From assembly GCA_964016885.1 (NCBI GenBank), contig OZ024740.1, forward strand, positions 439,766,001 through 439,830,000: 64,000 nt of DNA. Direction: 5' to 3'. The DNA comes from Eledone cirrhosa. Its lineage: Eukaryota. Below the pieces are notes generated by a model that had not been told where the DNA came from, made no database searches, and saw only the letters and a list, made by a program, of their open reading frames with translations. Of the stretch, positions 35,050-49,565 are shown piece after piece. The position numbers were made by a program, and so were the translations under genes. Numbering within the stretch: the first letter of the stretch is position 1; each line of letters opens with the position of its first letter.

Positions 35050-38000
35050 GTACTATACCAACCTAACACAGTACTATACCAACCTCCCACAGTACTATAC
35101 CAACCTCCCCCAGTACTATACCAACCTCCCCCAGTGCTATACCAACCTCCCCCAGTACTATACCAACCTCCCCCAGTAATATACCAACCTCACACAGTAC
35201 TATACCAACCTCCCCCAGTACTATACCAACCTCCCACAGTACTATACCAACCTCCCCCAGTACTATACCAACCTCCCCCAGTACTATACCAACCTCCCAC
35301 AGTACTATACCAACCTCCCCCAGTAATATACCAACCTACCCCAGTACTATACCACCCTAACACAGTACTATCCCAACCTCCCACAGTACTATACCAACCT
35401 CCCACAGTACTATACCCACCTCCCCCAGTACTATACCAACCTACCCCAGTACTATACCAACCTACCCCAGTATTATACCAACCTACCCCAGTATTATACC
35501 AACCTCACCCAGTATTATACCAACCTCCCACAGTACTATACCAACCTCCCACAGTACTATACCAACCTACCCCAGTACTATACCAACCTACCCCAGTATT
35601 ATACCAACCTACCCCAGTACTATACCAACCTACCCCAGTATTATACCAACCTCACCCAGTACTATACCAACCTCCCACAGTACTATACCAACCTCCCACA
35701 GTGCTATACCAACCTACCCCAGTACTATACTAACCTCCCACAGTACTATACCAACCTACCCCAGTACTATACCAACCTACCCCAGTATTATACCAACCTC
35801 ACCCAGTACTATACCAACCTCCCACAGTACTATACCAACCTCCCACAGTACTATACCAACCTACCCCAGTATTATACCAACCTACCCCAGTACTATACCA
35901 ACCTCCCCCAGTTCTATACCAACCTCCCCCAGTATTATACCAACCTACCACAGTACTATACCAACCTACCCCAGTACAATACCAACCTACCCCAGTATTA
36001 TACCAACCTACCCCAGTACTATACCAACCTCCCCCAGTACTATACCAACCTCCCCCAGTATTATACCAACCTACCACAGTACTATACCAACCTCCCCCAG
36101 TACTATACCAACCTCCCCCAGTACTATACCAACCTCCCCCAGTACTATACCAACCTCCCACAGTACTATACCAACCTTCCACAGTACTATACCAACCTAC
36201 CCCAGTACTATACCAAACTCCCACAGTACTATACCACCAACCTCCCACAGTACTATACCACCCTAACACAGTACTATACCAACCTCCCACAGTACTATAC
36301 CAAACTACCACGGTACTATACCAACCTTCCACAGTACTATACCAACCTCCCACAGTATTATACCAACCTCCCACAGTACTATACCAACCTCACACAGTAC
36401 TATACCAACCTACCCCAGTACTATACCAACCTCCCACAGTACTATAGCAACGTACCCCCCCTCCTACCCCCAGTACTATACCAACCTACCCCAGTACTAT
36501 ACCAACCTCCCCCAGTACTATACCAACCTACGCCAGTACTATACCAACCTCCCCCAGTACTATACCAACCTACCCCAGTACTATACCAACCTCCCACAGT
36601 ACTATACCAACCTACCCCAGTACTATACCAACCTCGCCCAGTAGTATACCATCCTACCCCAGTATTATACCAACCTCCCCCAGTACTATCCCAACCTACC
36701 CCAGTACTATACCAAACTCCCCCAGTACTATACCAACCTCCCACAGTACTATACCAAACTACCACAGTACTATACCAGCCTAACCCAGTATTATACCAGA
36801 CTACCCCAGTATTATACCAGCCTACCCCAGTACTATACCAACCTCCCCCAGTACTATACCAACCTCCCCCAGTACTATACCAACCTCCCCCAGTACTATA
36901 CCAACCTCCCACAGTACTATACCAACCTTCCACAGTACTATACCAACCTACCCCAGTACTATACCAACCTCCCACAGTACTATACCACCAACCTCCCACA
37001 GTACTATACCACCCTAACACAGTACTATACCAACCTCCCACAGTATTATACCAAACTACCACAGTACTATACCAACCTTCCACAGTACTATACCAACCTC
37101 CCACAGTATTATACCAACCTCCCACAGTACTATACCAACCTCACACAGTACTATACCAACCTACCCCAGTACTATACCAACCTCCCACAGTACTATAGCA
37201 ACGCCCCCCCCCCCCCTACACCCAGTACTATACCAACCTACCCCAGTACTATCCCAACCTACCCCGGTACTATACCAACCTCCCCCAGTACTATACCAAC
37301 CTACCCCAGTACTATACCAACCTCCCACAGTACTATACCAACCTACCCCAGTACTATACCAACCTCGCCCAGTAGTATACCATCCTACCCCAGTATTATA
37401 CCAACCTCCCCCAGTACTATCCCAACCTACCCCATAACTATACCAAACTCCCACAGTACTATACCAACCTCCCACAGTGCTATACCAACCTCCCACAGTA
37501 CTATACCAGCCTCACACAGTACTATACCAACCTACCCCAGTACTATACCAACCTCCCACAGTGCTATACCAACCTCCCACAGTACTATACCAGCCTCACA
37601 CAGTACTATACCAACCTACCACAGTACTATACCAACATCCCACAGTACTATACCAACCTCCCCCAGTACTATACCAACCTCCCCCAGTGCTATACCAACC
37701 TCCCCCAGTACTATACCAACCTCCCCCAGTAATATACCAACCTCACACAGTACTATACCAACCTCCCACAGTACTATACCAACCTCCCACAGTACTATAC
37801 CAACCTCCCCCAGTACTATACCAACCTCCCACAGTACTATACCAACCTCCCCCAGTAATATACCAACCTACCCCAGTACTATACCACCCTAACACAGTAC
37901 TATCCCAACCTCCCACAGTACTATACCAACCTCCCACAGTACTATACCAACCTCCCCCAGTACTATACCAACCTACCCCAGTACTATACCAACCTACCCC

Positions 38001-41000
38001 AGTATTATACCAACCTACCCCAGTATTATACCAACCTCACCCAGTATTATACCAACCTCCCACAGTACTATACCAACCTCCCACAGTACTATACCAACCT
38101 ACCCCAGTACTATACCAACCTACCCCAGTATTATACCAACCTACCCCAGTACTATACCAACCTACCCCAGTATTATACCAACCTCACCCAGTACTATACC
38201 AACCTCCCACAGTACTATACCAACCTCCCACAGTACTATACCAACCTACCCCAGTACTACACCAACCTCCCACAGTACTATACCAACCTACCCCAATACT
38301 ATACCGACCTACCCCCGTATTATACCAACCTCACCCAGTACTATACCAACCTCCCACAGTACTATACCAACCTCCCACAGTACTATACCAACCTACCCCA
38401 GTATTATACCAACCTACCCCAGTACTATACCAACCTCCCCCAGTTCTATACCAACCTCCCCCAGTATTATACCAACCTACCACAGTACTATACCAACCTA
38501 CCCCAGTACAATACCAACCTACCCCAGTATTATACCAACCTACCCCAGTACTATACCAACCTCCCCCAGTACTATACCAACCTCCCCCAGTATTATACCA
38601 ACCTACCACAGTACTATACCAACCTACCCCAGTATTATACCAACCTCCCACAGTACTATACCAACCTCCCCCAGTACTATATCAACCTCCCCCAGTATTA
38701 TACCAACCTACCACAGTACTATACCAACCTACCCCAGTACTATACCAACCTTCCACAGTATTATACCAACCTACCCCAGTATTATACCAACCTACCCCAG
38801 TATTATACCAACCTATCCCAGTTTTATACCAACCTACCCCAGTACTCTACCAACCTCCCACAGTACTATACCAACCTCCCCCAGTACTATACCAACCTAC
38901 CCCAGTACTATACCAACCTCGCCCAGTAGTATACCATCCTACCCCAGTATTATACCAACCTCCCCCAGTACTATACCAAACTCCCACAGTACTATACCAA
39001 CCTCCCACAGTACTATACCAACCTACCACAGTACTATACCAACCTCCCCCAGTACTATACCAACCTCCCACAGTACTATACCAAACTACCACAGTACTAT
39101 ACCAGCCTACCCCAGTATTATACCAGCCTACCCCAGTATTATACCAACCTACCCCAGTACTATACCAACCTCCCCCAGTACTATACCAACCTCCCCCAGT
39201 ACTATACCAACCTCCCCCAGTACTATACCAACCTCCCACAGTACTATACCAACCTTCCACAGTACTATACCAACCTACCCCAGTACTATACCAACCTCCC
39301 ACAGTACTATACCACCAACCTCCCACAGTACTATACCACCCTAACACAGTACTATACCAACCTCCCACAGTACTATACCAAACTACCACAGTGCTATACC
39401 AACCTTCCACAGTACTATACCAACCTCCCACAGTATTATACCAACCTCCCACAGTACTATACCAACCTCACACAGTACTATACCAACCTACCCCAGTACT
39501 ATACCAACCTCCCACAGTACTATAGCAACGTACCCCCCCCCCCCCCCCCTCCTACCCCCAGTACTATACCAACCTACCCCAGTACTATACCAACCTCCCC
39601 CAGTACTATACCAACCTACCCCAGTACTATACCAACCTCCCACAGTACTATACCAACCTAACACAGTACTATACCAACCTCCCACAGTACTATACCAACC
39701 TCCCCCAGTACTATACCAACCTCCCCCAGTGCTATACCAACCTCCCCCAGTACTATACCAACCTCCCCCAGTAATATACCAACCTCACACAGTACTATAC
39801 CAACCTCCCCCAGTACTATACCAACCTCCCACAGTACTATACCAACCTCCCCCAGTACTATACCAACCTCCCCCAGTACTATACCAACCTCCCACAGTAC
39901 TATACCAACCTCCCCCAGTAATATACCAACCTACCCCAGTACTATACCACCCTAACACAGTACTATCCCAACCTCCCACAGTACTATACCAACCTCCCAC
40001 AGTACTATACCCACCTCCCCCAGTACTATACCAACCTACCCCAGTACTATACCAACCTACCCCAGTATTATACCAACCTACCCCAGTATTATACCAACCT
40101 CACCCAGTATTATACCAACCTCCCACAGTACTATACCAACCTCCCACAGTACTATACCAACCTACCCCAGTACTATACCAACCTACCCCAGTATTATACC
40201 AACCTACCCCAGTACTATACCAACCTACCCCAGTATTATACCAACCTCACCCAGTACTATACCAACCTCCCACAGTACTATACCAACCTCCCACAGTGCT
40301 ATACCAACCTACCCCAGTACTATACTAACCTCCCACAGTACTATACCAACCTACCCCAGTACTATACCAACCTACCCCAGTATTATACCAACCTCACCCA
40401 GTACTATACCAACCTCCCACAGTACTATACCAACCTCCCACAGTACTATACCAACCTACCCCAGTATTATACCAACCTACCCCAGTACTATACCAACCTC
40501 CCCCAGTTCTATACCAACCTCCCCCAGTATTATACCAACCTACCACAGTACTATACCAACCTACCCCAGTACAATACCAACCTACCCCAGTATTATACCA
40601 ACCTACCCCAGTACTATACCAACCTCCCCCAGTACTATACCAACCTCCCCCAGTATTATACCAACCTACCACAGTACTATACCAACCTCCCCCAGTACTA
40701 TACCAACCTCCCCCAGTACTATACCAACCTCCCCCAGTACTATACCAACCTCCCACAGTACTATACCAACCTTCCACAGTACTATACCAACCTACCCCAG
40801 TACTATACCAAACTCCCACAGTACTATACCACCAACCTCCCACAGTACTATACCACCCTAACACAGTACTATACCAACCTCCCACAGTACTATACCAAAC
40901 TACCACGGTACTATACCAACCTTCCACAGTACTATACCAACCTCCCACAGTATTATACCAACCTCCCACAGTACTATACCAACCTCACACAGTACTATAC

Positions 41001-44000
41001 CAACCTACCCCAGTACTATACCAACCTCCCACAGTACTATAGCAACGTACCCCCCCTCCTACCCCCAGTACTATACCAACCTACCCCAGTACTATACCAA
41101 CCTCCCCCAGTACTATACCAACCTACGCCAGTACTATACCAACCTCCCCCAGTACTATACCAACCTACCCCAGTACTATACCAACCTCCCACAGTACTAT
41201 ACCAACCTACCCCAGTACTATACCAACCTCGCCCAGTAGTATACCATCCTACCCCAGTATTATACCAACCTCCCCCAGTACTATCCCAACCTACCCCAGT
41301 ACTATACCAAACTCCCCCAGTACTATACCAACCTCCCACAGTACTATACCAAACTACCACAGTACTATACCAGCCTAACCCAGTATTATACCAGACTACC
41401 CCAGTATTATACCAGCCTACCCCAGTACTATACCAACCTCCCCCAGTACTATACCAACCTCCCCCAGTACTATACCAACCTCCCCCAGTACTATACCAAC
41501 CTCCCACAGTACTATACCAACCTTCCACAGTACTATACCAACCTACCCCAGTACTATACCAACCTCCCACAGTACTATACCACCAACCTCCCACAGTACT
41601 ATACCACCCTAACACAGTACTATACCAACCTCCCACAGTATTATACCAAACTACCACAGTACTATACCAACCTTCCACAGTACTATACCAACCTCCCACA
41701 GTATTATACCAACCTCCCACAGTACTATACCAACCTCACACAGTACTATACCAACCTACCCCAGTACTATACCAACCTCCCACAGTACTATAGCAACGCC
41801 CCCCCCCCCCCTACACCCAGTACTATACCAACCTACCCCAGTACTATCCCAACCTACCCCGGTACTATACCAACCTCCCCCAGTACTATACCAACCTACC
41901 CCAGTACTATACCAACCTCCCACAGTACTATACCAACCTACCCCAGTACTATACCAACCTCGCCCAGTAGTATACCATCCTACCCCAGTATTATACCAAC
42001 CTCCCCCAGTACTATCCCAACCTACCCCATAACTATACCAAACTCCCACAGTACTATACCAACCTCCCACAGTGCTATACCAACCTCCCACAGTACTATA
42101 CCAGCCTCACACAGTACTATACCAACCTACCCCAGTACTATACCAACCTCCCACAGTGCTATACCAACCTCCCACAGTACTATACCAGCCTCACACAGTA
42201 CTATACCAACCTACCACAGTACTATACCAACATCCCACAGTACTATACCAACCTCCCCCAGTACTATACCAACCTCCCCCAGTGCTATACCAACCTCCCC
42301 CAGTACTATACCAACCTCCCCCAGTAATATACCAACCTCACACAGTACTATACCAACCTCCCACAGTACTATACCAACCTCCCACAGTACTATACCAACC
42401 TCCCCCAGTACTATACCAACCTCCCACAGTACTATACCAACCTCCCCCAGTAATATACCAACCTACCCCAGTACTATACCACCCTAACACAGTACTATCC
42501 CAACCTCCCACAGTACTATACCAACCTCCCACAGTACTATACCAACCTCCCCCAGTACTATACCAACCTACCCCAGTACTATACCAACCTACCCCAGTAT
42601 TATACCAACCTACCCCAGTATTATACCAACCTCACCCAGTATTATACCAACCTCCCACAGTACTATACCAACCTCCCACAGTACTATACCAACCTACCCC
42701 AGTACTATACCAACCTACCCCAGTATTATACCAACCTACCCCAGTACTATACCAACCTACCCCAGTATTATACCAACCTCACCCAGTACTATACCAACCT
42801 CCCACAGTACTATACCAACCTCCCACAGTACTATACCAACCTACCCCAGTACTACACCAACCTCCCACAGTACTATACCAACCTACCCCAATACTATACC
42901 GACCTACCCCCGTATTATACCAACCTCACCCAGTACTATACCAACCTCCCACAGTACTATACCAACCTCCCACAGTACTATACCAACCTACCCCAGTATT
43001 ATACCAACCTACCCCAGTACTATACCAACCTCCCCCAGTTCTATACCAACCTCCCCCAGTATTATACCAACCTACCACAGTACTATACCAACCTACCCCA
43101 GTACAATACCAACCTACCCCAGTATTATACCAACCTACCCCAGTACTATACCAACCTCCCCCAGTACTATACCAACCTCCCCCAGTATTATACCAACCTA
43201 CCACAGTACTATACCAACCTACCCCAGTATTATACCAACCTCCCACAGTACTATACCAACCTCCCCCAGTACTATATCAACCTCCCCCAGTATTATACCA
43301 ACCTACCACAGTACTATACCAACCTACCCCAGTACTATACCAACCTTCCACAGTATTATACCAACCTACCCCAGTATTATACCAACCTACCCCAGTATTA
43401 TACCAACCTATCCCAGTTTTATACCAACCTACCCCAGTACTCTACCAACCTCCCACAGTACTATACCAACCTCCCCCAGTACTATACCAACCTACCCCAG
43501 TACTATACCAACCTCGCCCAGTAGTATACCATCCTACCCCAGTATTATACCAACCTCCCCCAGTACTATACCAAACTCCCACAGTACTATACCAACCTCC
43601 CACAGTACTATACCAACCTACCACAGTACTATACCAACCTCCCCCAGTACTATACCAACCTCCCACAGTACTATACCAAACTACCACAGTACTATACCAG
43701 CCTACCCCAGTATTATACCAGCCTACCCCAGTATTATACCAACCTACCCCAGTACTATACCAACCTCCCCCAGTACTATACCAACCTCCCCCAGTACTAT
43801 ACCAACCTCCCCCAGTACTATACCAACCTCCCACAGTACTATACCAACCTTCCACAGTACTATACCAACCTACCCCAGTACTATACCAACCTCCCACAGT
43901 ACTATACCACCAACCTCCCACAGTACTATACCACCCTAACACAGTACTATACCAACCTCCCACAGTACTATACCAAACTACCACAGTGCTATACCAACCT

Positions 44001-44245
44001 TCCACAGTACTATACCAACCTCCCACAGTATTATACCAACCTCCCACAGTACTATACCAACCTCACACAGTACTATACCAACCTACCCCAGTACTATACC
44101 AACCTCCCACAGTACTATAGCAACGTACCCCCCCCCCCCCCCCTCCTACCCCCAGTACTATACCAACCTACCCCAGTACTATACCAACCTCCCCCAGTAC
44201 TATACCAACCTACCCCAGTACTATACCAACCTCCCACAGTACTAT
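35050..44245. repeat. Near-perfect 4,595-bp tandem duplication within the satellite
   Basis: ORF pairs 35190/39785, 35799/40394, 36442/41037, 37161/41756, 37477/42072 and 38847/43442 have identical translations at offset 4,595. Confidence 0.95.
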
Positions 44246-46844
44246 ACCAACCTACCCCAGTACTATACCAACCTCGCCCAGTAGTATACCATCCTACCCC
44301 AGTATTATACCAACCTCCCCCAGTACTATCCCAACCTACCCCAGTACTATACCAAACTCCCACAGTACTATACCAACCTCCCACAGTGCTATACCAACCT
44401 CCCACAGTACTATACCAGCCTCACACAGTACTATACCAACCTACCCCAGTACTATACCAACCTCCCACAGTGCTATACCAACCTCCCACAGTACTATACC
44501 AGCCTCACTCAGTACTATACCAACCTACCACAGTACTATACCAACCTCCCACAGTACTATACCAACCTCCCCCAGTACTATACCAACCTCCCCCAGTACT
44601 ATACCAACCTCCCCCAGTAATATACCAACCTCCCACAGTACTATACCAACCTCCCACAGTACTATACCAACCTCCCCCAGTACTATACCAACCTCCCACA
44701 GTACTATACCAACCTCCCCCAGTACTATACCAACCTCCCCCAGTACTATACCAACCTCCCACAGTACTATACCAACCTCCCCCAGTACTATACCAACCTC
44801 CCCCAGTACTATACCAACCTCCCCCAGTAATATACCAACCTCCCCCAGTACTATACCAACCTCCCCCAGTACTATACCAACCTCCCCCAGTACTATACCA
44901 ACCTCCCCCAGTACTATACCAACCTTCCACAGTACTATACCAACCTAACCCAGTATTATACCAACCTCCCCCAGTACTATACCAACCTCCCACAATACTA
45001 TACCAGCCTCCCCCCAGTACTATACCAGCCTCTCCCAGTACTATACCAGCCTCCCCCAGTTCTATACCAACCTCCCCCAGTAATATACCTACCTTCCACA
45101 GTAATATACCAACCTCCCACAGTACTATAGCAACGTACCCCCCCTCCTACCCCCAGTACTATACAAACCTCCCATAGTACTATACCAACCTCCCCCAGTG
45201 CTATACCAACCTACCTCCCACAGTACTATACCTACCTCCCACAGTACTATACCAACCTCCCACAGTGCTATACCAACCTCCCACAGTACTATACCAGCCT
45301 CACACAGTACTATACCAACCTACCCCAGTACTATACCAACCTCCCACAGTGCTATACCAACCTCCCACAGTACTATACCAGCCTCACACAGTACTATACC
45401 AACCTACCACAGTACTATACCAGCCTCCCACAGTACTATACCAACCCCCCCCCCAGTACTATACCAACCTCCCCCAGTGCTATACCAACCTCCCCCAGTA
45501 CTATACCAACCTCCCCCAGTAATATACCAACCTCACACAGTACTATACCAACCTCCCCCAGTACTATACCAACCTCCCACAGTACTATACCAACCTCCCC
45601 CAGTACTATACCAACCTCCCACAGTACTATACCAACCTCCCCCAGTAATATACCAACCTACCCCAGTACTATACCACCCTAACACAGTATTATACCAGCC
45701 TACCCCAGTATTATACCAACCTACCCCAGTACTATACCAACCTCCCCCAGTACTATACCAACCTCCCCCAGTACTATACCAACCTCCCCCAGTACTATAC
45801 CAACCTCCCACAGTACTATACCAACCTTCCACAGTACTATACCAACCTACCCCAGTACTATACCAACCTCCCACAGTACTATACCACCAACCTCCCACAG
45901 TACTATACCACCCTAACACAGTACTATACCAACCTCCCACAGTACTATACCAAACTACCACAGTACTATACCAACCTTCCACAGTACTATACCAACCTCC
46001 CACAGTATTAATCCAACCTCCCACAGTACTATACCAACCTCCCACAGTACTATAGCAACGTACCCCCCCCCCTCCTATCCCCCAGTACTATACCAACCTA
46101 CCCCAGTACTATACCAACTTCCCCCAGTACTATACCAACCTACCCCAGTACTATACCAACCTCCCACAGTACTATACCAACCTACCCCAGTACTATCCCA
46201 ACCTCGCCCAGTAGTATACCATCCTACCCCAGTATTATACCAACCTCCCCCAGTACTATCCCAACCTACCCCAGTACTATACCAAACTCCCACAGTACTA
46301 TACCAACCTCCCACAGTGCTATACCAACCTCCCACAGTACTATACCAGCCTCACACAGTATTATACCAACCTACCCCAGTACTATACCAACCTCCCACAG
46401 TGCTATACCAACCTCCCACAGTACTATACCAGCCTCACACAGTACTATACCAACCTACCACAGTACTATACCAACCTCCCACAGTACTATACCAACCTCC
46501 CCCAGTACTATCCCAACCTCCCCCAGTACTATACCAACCTCCCCCAGTAATATACCAACCTCCCACAGTACTATACCAACCTCCCCCAGTACTATACCAA
46601 CCTCCCCCAGTACTATACCAACCTCCCACAGTACTATACCAACCTCCTCCAGTACTATACCAACCTCCCCCAGTACTATACCAACCTCCCACAGTACTAT
46701 ACCAACCTCCCCCAGTACTATACCAACCTCCCCCAGTACTATACCAACCTCCCCCAGTACTATACCAACCTCCCCCAGTACTATACCAACCTCCCCCAGT
46801 ACTATACCAACCTTCCACAGTACTATACCAACCTAACCCAGTAT

Positions 46845-49565
46845 TATACCAACCTCCCCCAGTACTATACCAACCTCCCACAATACTATACCAGCCTCCC
46901 CCCAGTACTATACCAGCCTCTCCCAGTACTATACCAGCCTCCCCCAGTTCTATACCAGCCTCCCCCAGTAATATACCTACCTTCCACAGTAATATACCAA
47001 CCTCCCACAGTACTATAGCAACGTACCCCCCCCCCTCCTACCCCCAGTACTATACAAACCTCCCATAGTACTATACCAACCTCCCCCAGTGCTATACCAA
47101 CCTACCTCCCACAGTACTATACCTACCTCCACAAGTACTATACCAACCTTCCACAGTAATATACCAGCCTCCGCCAGTACTATACCAACCTACCCCAGTG
47201 CTATACCAAACTCCCCCAGTACTATAGCAACCTCCCCCAGTACTATACCAACCTCCCCCAGTACTATACGAACCTCCCACAGTACTATACGAACCTCCCA
47301 CAGCAATTTACCAACCTCCCACAGTACTATACCAACCTCCCACAGTACTATACCAACCTACCCCAGTACTATACCTACCTCCCACAGTAATATACCAACC
47401 TCCCACAGTACTATACGAACCTCCCCCATTACTATACCAACCTCCCCCAGTACTATACCAACCTCCCCCAGTACTATACCAACCTCCCACAGTACTATAC
47501 CAACCTACCTCAGTACTATACCAAAATCCCACAGTACTATACCAACCTACCCCAGTAATATACCAACGTCCCACAGTACTATACCAATCTAACCCAGTAC
47601 TATAGCAGCCTCACACAGTACTATACCGAACCTACCCCAGTACTATACGAACCTCCCACAGTACTATACCAATCTACCCCAATACTATACCAACCTCCCC
47701 CAGTACTATACCAACCTCCCACAGTACTATACCAACCTACCCCAGTACTATACCAACCTCCCACAGTACTATACCAACCTACCACAGGTACTATACCAAC
47801 CTACCACAGTACTATACCAACCTTCCGCAGTACTATACCAACCTTCCACAGTACTATACCAACCTCCCACAGTACTATACCAGCCTCGCACAGTACTATA
47901 CCAACCTACCCCAGTACTATACCAACCTCCCACAGTACTATACCAACCTCCCACAGTACTATACGAACCTCCCACAGTACTATACCAATCTACCCCAGTA
48001 CTATACCAACCTACCCCAGTACTATACCAGCCTCACACAGTACTATACCAACCTACCCCAGTACTATACCAATCTACCCCAGTACTATACCAACCTACCC
48101 CAGTACTATACCAGCCTCACACAGTACTATACCAACCTAACCCAGTACTATACCAACCTCCCACAGTACTATACCAACCTACCCCAGTACTATACCAACC
48201 TCCCCCAGTACTATACCAACCTCCCACAATACTATACCAGCCTCCCCCCAGTACTATACCAGCCTCTCCCAGTACTATACCAGCCTCCCCCAGTTCTATA
48301 CCAGCCTCCCCCAGTAATATACCTACCTTCCACAGTAATATACCAACCTCCCACAGTACTATAGCAACGTACCCCCCCCCCTCCTACCCCCAGTACTATA
48401 CAAACCTCCCATAGTACTATACCAACCTCCCCCAGTGCTATACCAACCTACCTCCCACAGTACTATACCTACCTCCACAAGTACTATACCAACCTTCCAC
48501 AGTAATATACCAGCCTCCGCCAGTACTATACCAACCTACCCCAGTGCTATACCAAACTCCCCCAGTACTATAGCAACCTCCCCCAGTACTATACCAACCT
48601 CCCCCAGTACTATACGAACCTCCCACAGTACTATACGAACCTCCCACAGCAATTTACCAACCTCCCACAGTACTATACCAACCTCCCACAGTACTATACC
48701 AACCTACCCCAGTACTATACCTACCTCCCACAGTAATATACCAACCTCCCACAGTACTATACGAACCTCCCCCATTACTATACCAACCTCCCCCAGTACT
48801 ATACCAACCTCCCCCAGTACTATACCAACCTCCCACAGTACTATACCAACCTACCTCAGTACTATACCAAAATCCCACAGTACTATACCAACCTACCCCA
48901 GTAATATACCAACGTCCCACAGTACTATACCAATCTAACCCAGTACTATAGCAGCCTCACACAGTACTATACCGAACCTACCCCAGTACTATACGAACCT
49001 CCCACAGTACTATACCAATCTACCCCAATACTATACCAACCTCCCCCAGTACTATACCAACCTCCCACAGTACTATACCAACCTACCCCAGTACTATACC
49101 AACCTCCCACAGTACTATACCAACCTACCACAGGTACTATACCAACCTACCACAGTACTATACCAACCTTCCGCAGTACTATACCAACCTTCCACAGTAC
49201 TATACCAACCTCCCACAGTACTATACCAGCCTCGCACAGTACTATACCAACCTACCCCAGTACTATACCAACCTCCCACAGTACTATACCAACCTCCCAC
49301 AGTACTATACGAACCTCCCACAGTACTATACCAATCTACCCCAGTACTATACCAACCTACCCCAGTACTATACCAGCCTCACACAGTACTATACCAACCT
49401 ACCCCAGTACTATACCAATCTACCCCAGTACTATACCAACCTACCCCAGTACTATACCAGCCTCACACAGTACTATACCAACCTAACCCAGTACTATACC
49501 AACCTCCCACAGTACTATACCAACCTACCCCAGTACTATACCAACCTCCCCCAGTACTATACCAA
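46845..49565. repeat. Near-perfect 1,346-bp tandem duplication within the satellite
   Basis: ORF pairs 47089/48435, 47308/48654 and 47769/49115 are identical at offset 1,346; marker caatact at 46,881 and 48,227. Confidence 0.92.

Noticed and set aside
5849-48938. TIPTSPS heptad frame resembling the RNA polymerase II CTD (YSPTSPS)
   Set aside because: Lacks Tyr1 and Ser2, is broken by TAA at each CCACCCTAAC unit, is far too long, and no RPB1 body is present. Likely source of false RPB1-like annotation.
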